Shown: piece by piece, positions 18,458 through 28,330 of the stretch
Layout: every line of letters begins with the position of its first letter
Numbering within the stretch: position 1 is the stretch's first letter
Notes under the pieces: model-generated
Databases searched by the model: none
What the model was told of the DNA's origin: nothing
What the model saw: only the letters and a program-made list of their open reading frames with translations
NCBI GenBank assembly: GCA_031414595.1
Contig: JANNVX010000007.1
Span: forward strand, 1 to 40,310
Direction: 5' to 3'
Source: Deinococcales bacterium
Lineage (GTDB): Bacteria > Deinococcota > Deinococci > Deinococcales > JAAFIG01
Length of the DNA stretch: 40,310 bases
Translations under genes and position numbers: made by a program

Positions 18458-19602
18458 GCGTTCACCTCCAAAATACGTTGGGCTAAAATTTCTTGTTGCT
18501 CGAGAATTTGCTGTGGTGGATTAACAAACACATACTCGAGAAGGGCTTTGGGGTCTGGCGCGGGGTGGGCATCGGCAGCATCGAGGGCAACTTGGAATTC
18601 TTCGACAATTTCGGTCATCATCGCCATTTCGCGGTCTTCGTTCCAGCGTTTTTCGTTGGTTAAAAATTGGCGAACTCGAGCAATTGGGTCGCGGTTCTCT
18701 GCCCAGAATTTTGGCTCGGCAGTCTCGTCGCGGTAGGCTTTCGGGTCATCACCCGTGGTGTGCGGACGAACACGGTAAGTCATCTGTTCGATTAAACTTG
18801 GACCTTTGCCGTCTCTGGCATCCTGCACAGCTTTTTTGGCTACAGTATGCACTGCCAGAATATCGTTACCATCTACCAAGTAACCGGGAATGCCGTAACC
18901 TTCGGCGCGGCGCATCAGGTGGTCTACACCCGACTGGACTTTACGTGGTACAGAAATCGCCCAACCGTTGTTCTCGATGATAAACACGGCTGGGGCTTTA
19001 CGGGCGGCGGCAAAATTCACACCAATGTGGAAATCACCTTGAGAAGTGCCACCTTCGCCGATATAGGTCATGGCGATTCCACCAGTCTTTTGCATCTGTA
19101 AGCCCATGGCTACGCCAGCCGCATGAACAATTTGTCCGGGGATGCTAATAATAATTGGCAGGATATTTAGGTCATCCGGAATACGCCAACCTTCTGGGTG
19201 TCCACGCCAATACATAATCGCTTGTTTCATGCTCCAACCGTGGGTAATCATGGCGGCGGTGTTACGGTACATTGGAGCCATAAAATCAAGTTTTTGGTCA
19301 AGTGCCATGGCACTGCCAATCTGACTGGCTTCTTGCCCACCAAATTGCGCGTAATTCCCGAGTTTCTGGCTTTTATACAAAAGCATAAATTTGTCGTCTA
19401 AGTGTCGTAAGCGCGACATTTGACGGTACATCTCCTCGACAATATCAAGGTCTGGGATCAAATCCTCACGCACGGGTTTGCCATCGGGCGCAAGGATTTG
19501 AAAGGGCGTAAGCTCAGAAGCAATGGGCATACTGCCAGCGAACATGGCTTCGTTCGCTTGGTCGGCAGTCCCTTTTTTGGTGGTACGGCGAGAAGTTGCC
19601 AT
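18454..19602 (-). CDS. 2-oxoacid dehydrogenase E1 alpha subunit
   Basis: GQEA, TPP motif GEGGTSQGDFH...NN, YRVRPHTTGDDP. Confidence 0.96.
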   Translation of the reverse strand: MATSRRTTKKGTADQANEAMFAGSMPIASELTPFQILAPDGKPVREDLIPDLDIVEEMYRQMSRLRHLDDKFMLLYKSQKLGNYAQFGGQEASQIGSAMALDQKLDFMAPMYRNTAAMITHGWSMKQAIMYWRGHPEGWRIPDDLNILPIIISIPGQIVHAAGVAMGLQMQKTGGIAMTYIGEGGTSQGDFHIGVNFAAARKAPAVFIIENNGWAISVPRKVQSGVDHLMRRAEGYGIPGYLVDGNDILAVHTVAKKAVQDARDGKGPSLIEQMTYRVRPHTTGDDPKAYRDETAEPKFWAENRDPIARVRQFLTNEKRWNEDREMAMMTEIVEEFQVALDAADAHPAPDPKALLEYVFVNPPQQILEQQEILAQRILEVNA

Positions 19603-19850
19603 AAGAAGTGCATATTAGTACGTTTTAGACTGTTTGTGTTTTTGTAAAAAACCAATATTTTTAGCCTTAAAATCACCTCTCGAGAATTCAATTGTCATGT
19701 CTGAGAGGCACTCAAACTATAATCTCGAGACAAGAGAAGAATTTTGTACTTGGTATAAATTCGCTACCTTGGGCTGTTTATCACAGCCAAAAAGAAACCA
19801 ATCGGTCTTAAAAGGGCGAGGGGAAAAGGTTAAAGGGTTAAAAGGTTAAA

Positions 19851-20711
19851 TCAAAGGCGGATTTTACTTTTAACCTTTTCTGCTTTTCCCTTTTTACCCT
19901 GCCCTTTCCTTTGGCAATCTGGGCAAAAATGTGTACCACGACCCGCCAAGCTGTACTTTTCTATCCCAGCCCCGCAACGGCTGCAAGGCTGTCCAGTGCG
20001 GTCATAGGCATGATGCTCAAACTGAAAATAACCAGATTCACCACTTGGTTGCTGATACGAATTATCCGATAAGGTGCTGCCGCCAGCCGCCACTGCTTTT
20101 TGCATCACTTCAATAATTGCCTGATGCAAGCGCTTGGCTGCCGCACCAGATAACTGGGAGGCTTCTGGGTGAATTTTAGCCAGCCAGAGGCTTTCGTCAG
20201 CGTAAATATTCCCTACGCCAGCCACGGGTTTTTGGGAAAGTAAAGCTGGTTTGACTCGAGAAACCTTGCTCATGAAGGCTTGGAAATCTTTTAGTACAAA
20301 ACCAGCCTCGAGCGGTTCAGGACCCATGCTCGAGAGTGCTTTGATATGCCCCCAATCGTTGCTCGGCACAATTTCCCAAAAACCAAAACGCCTCGAGTCT
20401 ACATAACTGACTTCACCATCGTGCAGCACTAACCTAAGCCGTTCAAAACGTGGTGGCTCGAGAAATGTTTTATCTTGTGGCAATCTAAAACCACCTGTCA
20501 TTTTTAGATGTACCAGACAATCCAAACCATCATCCAGCCTAAAAATCAGGTACTTGCCACGCCGCTCGAGTTTTAGGATTTGCTTACCAAGCATCGCCGT
20601 GGTGTTGCGGTAACGGTTGGGGTCGGTGTGCAGCACATCACGCACCACCCGCCCTAACAGCACAGGCTCGAGCATACGACGGGTAGTTTCGACTTCGGGG
20701 AGTTCTGGCAT
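19851..20711 (-). CDS. mutM: Formamidopyrimidine-DNA glycosylase
   Basis: N-terminal MPELPEVET, RRGKYL, GVGNIYADE, C-terminal C4 zinc finger; start fixed by the PELPEV motif. Confidence 0.97.
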   Translation of the reverse strand: MPELPEVETTRRMLEPVLLGRVVRDVLHTDPNRYRNTTAMLGKQILKLERRGKYLIFRLDDGLDCLVHLKMTGGFRLPQDKTFLEPPRFERLRLVLHDGEVSYVDSRRFGFWEIVPSNDWGHIKALSSMGPEPLEAGFVLKDFQAFMSKVSRVKPALLSQKPVAGVGNIYADESLWLAKIHPEASQLSGAAAKRLHQAIIEVMQKAVAAGGSTLSDNSYQQPSGESGYFQFEHHAYDRTGQPCSRCGAGIEKYSLAGRGTHFCPDCQRKGQGKKGKAEKVKSKIRL

Positions 20712-21035
20712 GATGTAGTCTATTCGCATTTTGGCGGATATTTTCGGCACTGGCTTTTTGTAACTAAAGTTGTAGCTGCTCAAAGGGATTCCCCAACAAC
20801 GATTCCTTTTCTAAAGTGCTGTGGGTCTATCCTTTACGGGTCTCGAGTGGCTGCATGAATGAAGTTTAAGCCAGTTTGGGTAAAAAAATGCCTTTGAACA
20901 AGTTACTCGAGATTATCAATTGCTCCTTCTTCCTAAATCTCAATCGGCTACTCAGGCTCGAATCAAAAGCTGTCATGAAAGAGGTGGGAATAAGATTATC
21001 TTGATAATTAAATAAGACAAGCATATGCTTGTCTT

Positions 21036-21500
21036 ATGATTCCACCCTTCGAGAATAACCAATGGCAAACCCTTCCATCAGGAATCCATTGGGCAACATG
21101 GCAAGACATCAATGACCAGCTTGGATTCAACGAACACCGCCAAAACCAATTATCAGGACTTCACCTTGGTTTACCGGCTTTGAAAAATGCAGGGTGTCAA
21201 ACCGCTTTTATAGATGGCAGTTTTGCCACAGGCAAACCCAACCCAAACGATTTTGATGTTTGCTACGACTTAACAGGAATGCAACGCCATTTACTAGACG
21301 ATATATTCTTTGATTTTACCCAACAACGAAAACGCCAAAAAGACAGGTACAACGGCGAGTTCTTCCCAGCTAATCTACCAGCCACACCAAGTGGAATTCG
21401 TTACCTCGAGTTTTTTCAAATTAACAAGCACACCCAAACACCCAAAGGCATCATTGGCATTCACTTAGACACAGACCTACCCAACTTGGAGGAATTATGA
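21036..21500 (+). CDS. Nucleotidyltransferase-like protein (DUF6932-like), putative toxin-antitoxin component
   Basis: LPSGIH, IDGSF...PNDFD (GS-x-DxD polymerase-beta-like signature), PKGII. Confidence 0.75.
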   Translation: MIPPFENNQWQTLPSGIHWATWQDINDQLGFNEHRQNQLSGLHLGLPALKNAGCQTAFIDGSFATGKPNPNDFDVCYDLTGMQRHLLDDIFFDFTQQRKRQKDRYNGEFFPANLPATPSGIRYLEFFQINKHTQTPKGIIGIHLDTDLPNLEEL

Positions 21501-22057
21501 TTCAGAACGAACGAGAATACAAAATCAGTAAAGCCGAAGCCCAAAAGTTCAGGCAAGCCATTGTGCAACTCGAGCAGCAAAGCACCGAGGACTGGAAAAT
21601 CGAACTACAAAAAAACGCCATGCAAAGCAGCCTAGAAGAACTCGAGCAAGAAATTCTCGAGTACAATCAATTAAAAAATAGTCCCACACCAATTGCCCTG
21701 ACCCTTTCTAGTTTTGAACAAATTCCAGATGCGCTGATTCAAGCCCGAATTGCCAAAGGTTGGACGCAAGCCGAATTAGCCAGTCGGATGGGGGTTAAAC
21801 CACAACAAGTACAAAACGATGAAATTACGCATTATCAAAGTGCCAATTTTGCCAGACTAACTCGAGTTGCCAAGGTGCTAGGTATGGAATTTGAAAATGC
21901 AAGAATTATGGTTGGGTGGATTGGAAACCCAAGCAAACCCCCACCACAAAATGGCAGGGGTTGTGTTGGCTTGAGCCAAAGCGGGAATACTCGAGTACAA
22001 AAAAGCTGTAGTGAAGGGCTTAAAATGAGGGTGGACACACTCACCCCTAGATGGTAA
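21497..22057 (+). CDS. XRE/HigA-like HTH protein, putative antitoxin
   Basis: MIQNEREY start, coiled coil, LIQARIAKGWTQAELASRMGV HTH; ATGA overlap with the upstream gene. Confidence 0.85.
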   Translation: MIQNEREYKISKAEAQKFRQAIVQLEQQSTEDWKIELQKNAMQSSLEELEQEILEYNQLKNSPTPIALTLSSFEQIPDALIQARIAKGWTQAELASRMGVKPQQVQNDEITHYQSANFARLTRVAKVLGMEFENARIMVGWIGNPSKPPPQNGRGCVGLSQSGNTRVQKSCSEGLKMRVDTLTPRW

Positions 22058-22060
22058 TAA

Positions 22061-24493
22061 TTATTGATACACCATTGCAGTTAAGCAAGAACCCCATTCA
22101 AAGACATTTGGACTGAAAACCCAACTCTGAAAACCGCATGGAGTAGACACATCAGTAGAATAGATAAAAGTCATGTCAGGTTTAATGTCATATGACAAAT
22201 TTGTTTTGGCTTTTGATACCCACGATGTCTTTATATCTTGATGCTTACCTGCCTGAAAACTCTCCCAACTTGCCCGCTGACCAGCTATGCTAGCTGGTCC
22301 ACAATCAAATTCTGTTGTTGTGTGAGTTCCAGAACCAAGCATTTCACGTTCACTCTGTCCTGATTTAGAGTATGTAGCGTTGATGCCCACCCAAATTTCA
22401 TAGCTATATTTTGCATAGCACTGTGGAGGATTAGGAGGATTACTATAATTGACTCCTGTAAAGTTTGTTATTCCAATATAACCCATTGTTATCTTCCTTC
22501 CAACAGGCAAAGCCTTACACTCGAGCGAAACGCCTACGCTTAGGCTGCCATTTGGAACTGCGTTACTCGAGATGGTGATAGTACCGTTGAGCGTACCAAC
22601 TGTGCTACCGCAAGCAGCAGTAACAGGAATATTCCTCGAGCCACCTGCTGGAATCTCGAGTGGTGCAGCAAGTGAAGCAGCAGGCAATGTTGGTGTGATT
22701 GAAGCTGTACCAAGCGAACCAACCTGATAATCAAAATTAGTTATCTTGAGAATATCAGTGCCGTCATTTCTAATGACAATGTTATCGGGTTGCGGTAAGG
22801 ACTGGTTGATTTGTAGTGACCATGACTTCGAGTCGGCTTGTATTTTCGGTTCACCATAACATTCAAGAGTCACTTTTATGGTTCTTGTTTCGTTAAAATC
22901 TGGATCAAGTGCGCCTTTGGCTTGAATAATAATTGTATCAGTGTAAACTCCCGCAATACTGGGGCATGTTGCTACAATATTAACTGTCATTACGGCGTTT
23001 TCATTTAAGGTTCTAAATCCATCTGAGCTATTAGCAGCAGACACGCCTAAAAGATTTGAAGTAAGCCACGAAGATGTATTATATGCTTCTTTAACCTGCA
23101 TGTCCCAATATCCAATATTCTGCAAAGTAGAAGACGCTGTTACGGTAAAATTAATTTTTTCACGTAATTTGATGTCATTCGGGTTTGGTTGAGTCAGTCT
23201 GTAAGGACACTGTGCAGTATTACGGCAAGTAAGGAGTCTTTCTGTAGTATCTTGTAATTTATTGAACAAATCAATGAATTCAGCGTAATCCCATCTTTGT
23301 AATGCAAGTCCAGCTATAAACACGCCAAGTTGAAATCTTGTCCCTAAACAATTGAGATTCTTGTCTCTGATACACTCAGCAAGAGATAAAGCAAAACTAA
23401 GTTCCAATCGAATAGCCATTTCTCCTAATTTGGCTTGGTCTGCTGCCCACTCAAGAAAAAGAGACTCACATTCTTTGCATTTACTCGAAGGGACTGCCTG
23501 CAAGTTTAGGCGTGTACCATTGTTGTTTTGAACAGATGTGCTTTGATAAGTTGGAAAATACTCCTTTTCTTTCTCTTGTAATGCAAACTTTTGTGCGGCA
23601 TCATTAGCACTATTTGAATCAAAATAATCAGTTAGGTTTCCAAAGTTAATTTCTCGATCATCAATTAGATTTGTTACACGTAGTACATCATTACTGTAGT
23701 CAGAAAGTCTTGCATAGAGAATGATTCCATCTTTTTCATAAATGCTAACTTTTTTGAGTGCATTGACTGCTTGAACAATTAAAAAATTCCCTTTTGGACT
23801 TAAATAAATTGTACTTTTTGGAATGTCCATACTTATACTATTTAGCTTCGTGCCAAGTTGGGTTTTCGCACGATTCCATGTAGCTTCAACATTGTTGCCC
23901 GTCGGGTAAAACCTTGCTTGTGGCACAACTTGCTTTGTGCGGCTGGCGCTTTGCCACTCGAGTTTAATCACAGCAGGATTACTTGTGTTCCTAAAAAACT
24001 CGAGCCGAATGTCGTACTTCACATTGGCTTGCAAGGTCACTTTGCCAGAATCTACTTTGCTGGTGTGGTCAGTCCAGTTGTTCACCAGTGCTTGACCATT
24101 GACCATTAGCCTAGCCCCGCCGCTCGAGGTCACAAAGAAGGTGTACTCTTGGCTGTATTGTGGCAGAATTTGCCCTGTCCAACGCACACTGTAGGTGGTG
24201 TTGGCAATGCCAGAAATCGGTGCGGCTGTTCCCCAATTGCGGTTGACATTGGCATCATAACGGGTTTTCAGTGTTCCCGTAAAATCCATGTTGTCGTAGT
24301 AATCGCCTTTTAAGCCATTTGCAGGTACTGCTTGGGCAGTTAAATTATTGCCGTTTTCGTCGGAAATCTCTATTGGGTTGTTTTGGTCGTTGTTTGGCGT
24401 GGGTGTTTGGCTACACGCCGAGAATACGAATAGGACGAGCAGTGCCGCTAGGTAACGCTGGCTGCTGTGGCTTAGGGTCGAAAGTAATTTCAT
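22061..24493 (-). CDS. Large lipoprotein with PA14 domain, variable central region and Ig-like domains
   Basis: AGGAGG RBS before ATG 24493; lipobox FSAC; GLKGDYYDN...YSVRWTG...KLEWQS PA14 pattern; IRNDGTDILKI...GTITISSNA Ig-like segment. Confidence 0.85.
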   Translation of the reverse strand: MKLLSTLSHSSQRYLAALLVLFVFSACSQTPTPNNDQNNPIEISDENGNNLTAQAVPANGLKGDYYDNMDFTGTLKTRYDANVNRNWGTAAPISGIANTTYSVRWTGQILPQYSQEYTFFVTSSGGARLMVNGQALVNNWTDHTSKVDSGKVTLQANVKYDIRLEFFRNTSNPAVIKLEWQSASRTKQVVPQARFYPTGNNVEATWNRAKTQLGTKLNSISMDIPKSTIYLSPKGNFLIVQAVNALKKVSIYEKDGIILYARLSDYSNDVLRVTNLIDDREINFGNLTDYFDSNSANDAAQKFALQEKEKEYFPTYQSTSVQNNNGTRLNLQAVPSSKCKECESLFLEWAADQAKLGEMAIRLELSFALSLAECIRDKNLNCLGTRFQLGVFIAGLALQRWDYAEFIDLFNKLQDTTERLLTCRNTAQCPYRLTQPNPNDIKLREKINFTVTASSTLQNIGYWDMQVKEAYNTSSWLTSNLLGVSAANSSDGFRTLNENAVMTVNIVATCPSIAGVYTDTIIIQAKGALDPDFNETRTIKVTLECYGEPKIQADSKSWSLQINQSLPQPDNIVIRNDGTDILKITNFDYQVGSLGTASITPTLPAASLAAPLEIPAGGSRNIPVTAACGSTVGTLNGTITISSNAVPNGSLSVGVSLECKALPVGRKITMGYIGITNFTGVNYSNPPNPPQCYAKYSYEIWVGINATYSKSGQSEREMLGSGTHTTTEFDCGPASIAGQRASWESFQAGKHQDIKTSWVSKAKTNLSYDIKPDMTFIYSTDVSTPCGFQSWVFSPNVFEWGSCLTAMVYQ

Positions 24494-24585
24494 AATTTCC
24501 CTCCTTGGTGCTTCTCGAGTCGTGGGTCTCGAGGGTTTGGGTGTCATACCTCCCGTGATATGACTTTGTTATTGTGCAGCAAGGG

Positions 24586-24603
24586 TGGGGAATGTTGGGG
24601 AAT
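24586..24603. promoter_or_regulatory. TGGGGAAT direct repeat (10-bp period) between the PA14 lipoprotein gene and its divergent regulator
   Basis: TGGGGAAT at 24586 and 24596. Confidence 0.45.
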
Positions 24604-24692
24604 CACAAGGGGTCATGTTGTGTTTCACGGCTTGGTTTTTATCAAGTGTGATTCGGATGCAAGTCTTTGGGTTGGGCTGTTAAACTGATGTC

Positions 24693-27521
24693 ATGCCTGT
24701 TCGTTCTTCGGCGTTGCGCCGTTTACCAAATTTTGTTTTGGATCGCCCGCGTTTACTTAAACGGCTCGAGGCATCCGATGCTCAGGTCTTAGCACTGATT
24801 GCTCCTGCTGGATACGGTAAAACCACACTTTTAGCCCAGTTTGCTGCAAGCCCTAACCGTCCTGTGGCATGGCTGACTTTGGATGATTCTGCTTCGGATG
24901 CTGCATGGTTAGCCGCGTCCGTGGCAAACACCCTGATGCGGGCTTTTCCGCGTGCCAAATTTGCCGCTTGGCATTCGGCTACTGCCTTGGGCGCATTGCC
25001 TGCGGGTTTGGCGATTGCTTTAGCCACAGATGTCAATCGTTTACAACGCAATGCCTTGGTGGTTTTGGATCGTATCGAACGCCTGAGTTTAGAATCTGCG
25101 CGTTGGCTCGAGGCTTGGCTTGGTGCGTTGTTGGATGGTCATCAAATTTGTTTGGCTGGTTATGCCGATTCTACCTTTTCAGTAGCGCGTTACGTGGCAG
25201 ATGGGGCGTTGCTGCTCGAGGCAAAAGAATTGGCGTTTACGCCCCAAGAAACCGCCGCTTACTTAAAATCACGGGGTTTTGTGGGAAATACCCTAGATGT
25301 TTACAAAGCGCTCGAGGGTTGGGCTGTAGGTTTGGCATTGTTGGCTGCCAATCAAGAAGCTGTTCTTGAGCCAAAGGGTTTGATGCTCGAGGTCTTAAAA
25401 CGCCTACCTGCCCCAATTGGTCAAACCATTCCCGAAGCGGCGGTGCTGGAAGTCTGGGATGAACAACTGGCACTCGAGGTTGGTTGTGCCATGCCCAAAG
25501 GCTGGTTATCCATGAGCCTAAAAGTAGGCTTGCCTTTGGTAGCGGCTGGCAAGGGTCTTTACCGTCCGCACACTGTACTACTTGAGGCTTTAACCGAGGA
25601 ATTGCGTTTACAGCCCAGACGTTTCTCGAGTCTACATACAGCTGTGGCAGAACGCGCCGAAGCTGCTGGAAATGATGTGCTGGCATTGCAACATTTTCAT
25701 TTGGCTGGCTTTGAGGCTGGTATTTTGCGGGTTCTCGAGCGGGTTGTACCCACTTTATTTGCTCGCCGCGAATACAACCGTATGCGAAATCAGCTTGAGC
25801 TTCTGCCCGAGGCTCGTTTAACCGATTTGCTTAAGACTTTTTATGCCAATAATTTGTTTGAAACCCAAGAAGCCAGTCGTGGTCAACAATTGCTATTCGA
25901 CATGCTTAAGAATGGCTATCAAAATCCTTTTGTTTACTCCATCTTGGCTGTAGTTGAGTGTCGCCGTGGTCATGGTAAAGAGGCTTTGGATTATGCCCAA
26001 CAAGGCTTAGCCCTATTAGGTACAGAAATGAGTCCAACTCGGGTTCGATTATTGGTAGCAAAATCAAGTGCTTTTCAACTTCTCGGTGAGTCTCAAAAAG
26101 ACTTATTGGCAGCTAAGGAAGCGGTACAAATTGCGGAAACACTGCAAGATTCATCGTTACTTAGCCTTGCTTTATCCTTGATTGCACCTTCTTATGGAGA
26201 TATTGGTAATCGTTTGGCTTGCGAAACCACTTTTAAGCGCTCACTTGAACTGTCTGCTCAATTGGGTTTTTCTATCCGACAAATTCAGGATTACAATAAT
26301 TTCGCAAGTTACCTTGGTGACTGGGGGCGAGTCGAAGAAGCCCTGCAAATGGCAGATTTGGGCATTCCTATTGCACGTAAAGAAAATAGTGTGTTTTATC
26401 CAATTTTGCTGGGTACTCGAGGTTTGCAGCAGTGGCGCTTGGGCAATTTAGAAGCAGCAGAAACCGACCTTGAAGAAGCCTTGGGGTTGTGTCCAGCTTT
26501 TTCATTGGATCACATGGCGAACATGTTTACGTTTTTTCTTGTGCAGGTCAAATTATTCCTTAAAAAATTGGGAGCAGCCGAACGGCATCTATTAGACTTA
26601 AAGCAAAAACCTAACATCAACCCCGAAGAACTTGCCTTTCTCGAGGGTTTGCTGGCTTTTTCTGTATCAGATTTTTCTTCGGCGCATACTTTTCTTACGG
26701 CTGTTGGCGCTCAGGTCAGCGTTTGGGATGCACCACGCAAAAAAATGTACTTGGCAGAAATCGCCCGCCAGCAACATCAACTTTCTTTTGAAATGATTAC
26801 AGATTTGGTGGCTTCTCTCGAGCAATTGGGGCATTATCGCTCACTGACTTTAGATCTTTTTTTCTTAAGTGGCTTGTATCAGCATTGCTTAGCCAAGAAT
26901 TGGTATCCAGACATCTTCCAAGAAGCCCTCAACCCCAAAGACCAATCGCACTTGCTGCTTGTGCCACTCGAGGCACAGTTGCTTGGAAAGAATAATTTCT
27001 TACTTGCTGGTCTGCCTCTGCCAACAGGCTTAGCCAAATCCAAAGAATTACTGGCTTGGTTGGTGCTGCATGGCTCGAGTACCCGCGATGAATTGATTCG
27101 TGGTACTTGGGGGCAGTTGAACTCTGCCAACCTCGAGTATTTCAAAGTCTCCATGCGAAAGTTGCGTATGGCATTTAAAGACCATTCAGTCATTACGTTT
27201 GAAGCTGTGGTATTTGAAAATGGTGTCTACAGTCTGCACTCACGTTTGCAAATTCTGTGCAGTGCTAAAAAAATTCTTGATGTTCGAGATGACCCACCCA
27301 CCGACCCAGCTCAACTTGAAGCACTCTTCTCGAGTTATCGCGGGGCGTTTATGCTTGGGGTGGACACGCCTTGGGTCTTGGAACTGCGGCAAATTCTGCT
27401 GGATACTGTGGTCATGCTGGGTGAAAAGTTGGGCGTTTTGCTGCTGGAGTCAGACCAATTTAAGGCTGCCCGAATCTTGCGCCGTGTTCGTGAATTGGAT
27501 CCTTTGTCCGAAGTGGCTTAA
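24693..27521 (+). CDS. MalT-like STAND NTPase-TPR transcriptional regulator with C-terminal wHTH and partial BTAD
   Basis: RPRLL, APAGYGKTTLL, EGWAVGL, TPR-like helices, YRGAFMLG...W and LDPLSE. Confidence 0.88.
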   Translation: MPVRSSALRRLPNFVLDRPRLLKRLEASDAQVLALIAPAGYGKTTLLAQFAASPNRPVAWLTLDDSASDAAWLAASVANTLMRAFPRAKFAAWHSATALGALPAGLAIALATDVNRLQRNALVVLDRIERLSLESARWLEAWLGALLDGHQICLAGYADSTFSVARYVADGALLLEAKELAFTPQETAAYLKSRGFVGNTLDVYKALEGWAVGLALLAANQEAVLEPKGLMLEVLKRLPAPIGQTIPEAAVLEVWDEQLALEVGCAMPKGWLSMSLKVGLPLVAAGKGLYRPHTVLLEALTEELRLQPRRFSSLHTAVAERAEAAGNDVLALQHFHLAGFEAGILRVLERVVPTLFARREYNRMRNQLELLPEARLTDLLKTFYANNLFETQEASRGQQLLFDMLKNGYQNPFVYSILAVVECRRGHGKEALDYAQQGLALLGTEMSPTRVRLLVAKSSAFQLLGESQKDLLAAKEAVQIAETLQDSSLLSLALSLIAPSYGDIGNRLACETTFKRSLELSAQLGFSIRQIQDYNNFASYLGDWGRVEEALQMADLGIPIARKENSVFYPILLGTRGLQQWRLGNLEAAETDLEEALGLCPAFSLDHMANMFTFFLVQVKLFLKKLGAAERHLLDLKQKPNINPEELAFLEGLLAFSVSDFSSAHTFLTAVGAQVSVWDAPRKKMYLAEIARQQHQLSFEMITDLVASLEQLGHYRSLTLDLFFLSGLYQHCLAKNWYPDIFQEALNPKDQSHLLLVPLEAQLLGKNNFLLAGLPLPTGLAKSKELLAWLVLHGSSTRDELIRGTWGQLNSANLEYFKVSMRKLRMAFKDHSVITFEAVVFENGVYSLHSRLQILCSAKKILDVRDDPPTDPAQLEALFSSYRGAFMLGVDTPWVLELRQILLDTVVMLGEKLGVLLLESDQFKAARILRRVRELDPLSEVA

Positions 27522-27577
27522 AGGCAAGAACAAAAACTGTTTGAACTTGCCTAAGAATATTTTGTGAATACACTGTG

Positions 27578-28231
27578 TTAGCGCTTGGCTAACAGTGCCA
27601 TGAACTTCTTTAGCTCGTCGCTTTGAACCCCACTTTTGAATGGGTTAAATGGTTTGTTGTTCTGCATCGCATCAAACAAGGCTCTGGCTCGAGGGTCTGG
27701 TGTACCAGTTTGTCCATTCTGCCCACCGGGTCGTCCGCCAAAACCTCCAGCCCCTGCGGGTCTGCCAGAAGCTGCACCTTGGGCGAGTGCGCCAACATTT
27801 GGGGCTTGTCCATTGCCTTGTTGTTGTAGGCGTCTGGCTTCGGCACGTTTACGGCGTTCTTCTTCTCGAGCAAGGCGGGTCTTATCCATCCAAATCAGTT
27901 GCTTGGCACTGACAAATTTGGTTTCTAAGGTATCGAGGATTTTTGTGGCATCTTTGGTGGCTAGAGCCGCCCGTTTACTCAAATCGGTTAGGGTTGGCAA
28001 TCCGATTTTGACTTGGGCTTTGGTGAATTCTAACCCTTTTTGTTTATCCACTTCCTGCATCAAACTCAGGCTTTCGGACAAGTCAAACCAAGGGCGGTAT
28101 TTTTCCATCACTGCCCGCATATTGCCTTGTCCACCTCCGGGTTGACCACCAGTGGGTGGTTGTTGTTGGGCAAAAGCCAGTCCGACAAGAGCGAAACTCG
28201 AGACAAGTAAAATTCCGATATTGCGTTTCAT
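27578..28231 (-). CDS. Exported Gly/Gln-rich hypothetical protein, last gene of the efflux operon
   Basis: GGAGG RBS before ATG 28231; signal peptide ending AFA; PFNPF near the C-terminus. Confidence 0.8.
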   Translation of the reverse strand: MKRNIGILLVSSFALVGLAFAQQQPPTGGQPGGGQGNMRAVMEKYRPWFDLSESLSLMQEVDKQKGLEFTKAQVKIGLPTLTDLSKRAALATKDATKILDTLETKFVSAKQLIWMDKTRLAREEERRKRAEARRLQQQGNGQAPNVGALAQGAASGRPAGAGGFGGRPGGQNGQTGTPDPRARALFDAMQNNKPFNPFKSGVQSDELKKFMALLAKR

Positions 28232-28330
28232 AAGTACCTCCAAAAAAGGCGAAGCGACCCAGCCCCGTCAGGTGGCGCTGGAAGGGTCAAGAAAGGCGAA
28301 GGGCAAAAGGCGAAAGGATAAATCTCATGG

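Noticed and set aside
15973-19602. Assigning pdhABC versus bkd gene symbols
   Set aside because: Substrate specificity cannot be resolved from motifs alone
20712-21035. About 320-bp intergenic region as a possible ncRNA or gene remnant
   Set aside because: No recognisable RNA motif, strong stem or convincing ORF was seen
24494-24547. Longer start for the PA14 lipoprotein
   Set aside because: GGAGG is only 1 nt from that ATG; ATG 24493 has a properly spaced RBS and gives a normal lipoprotein signal
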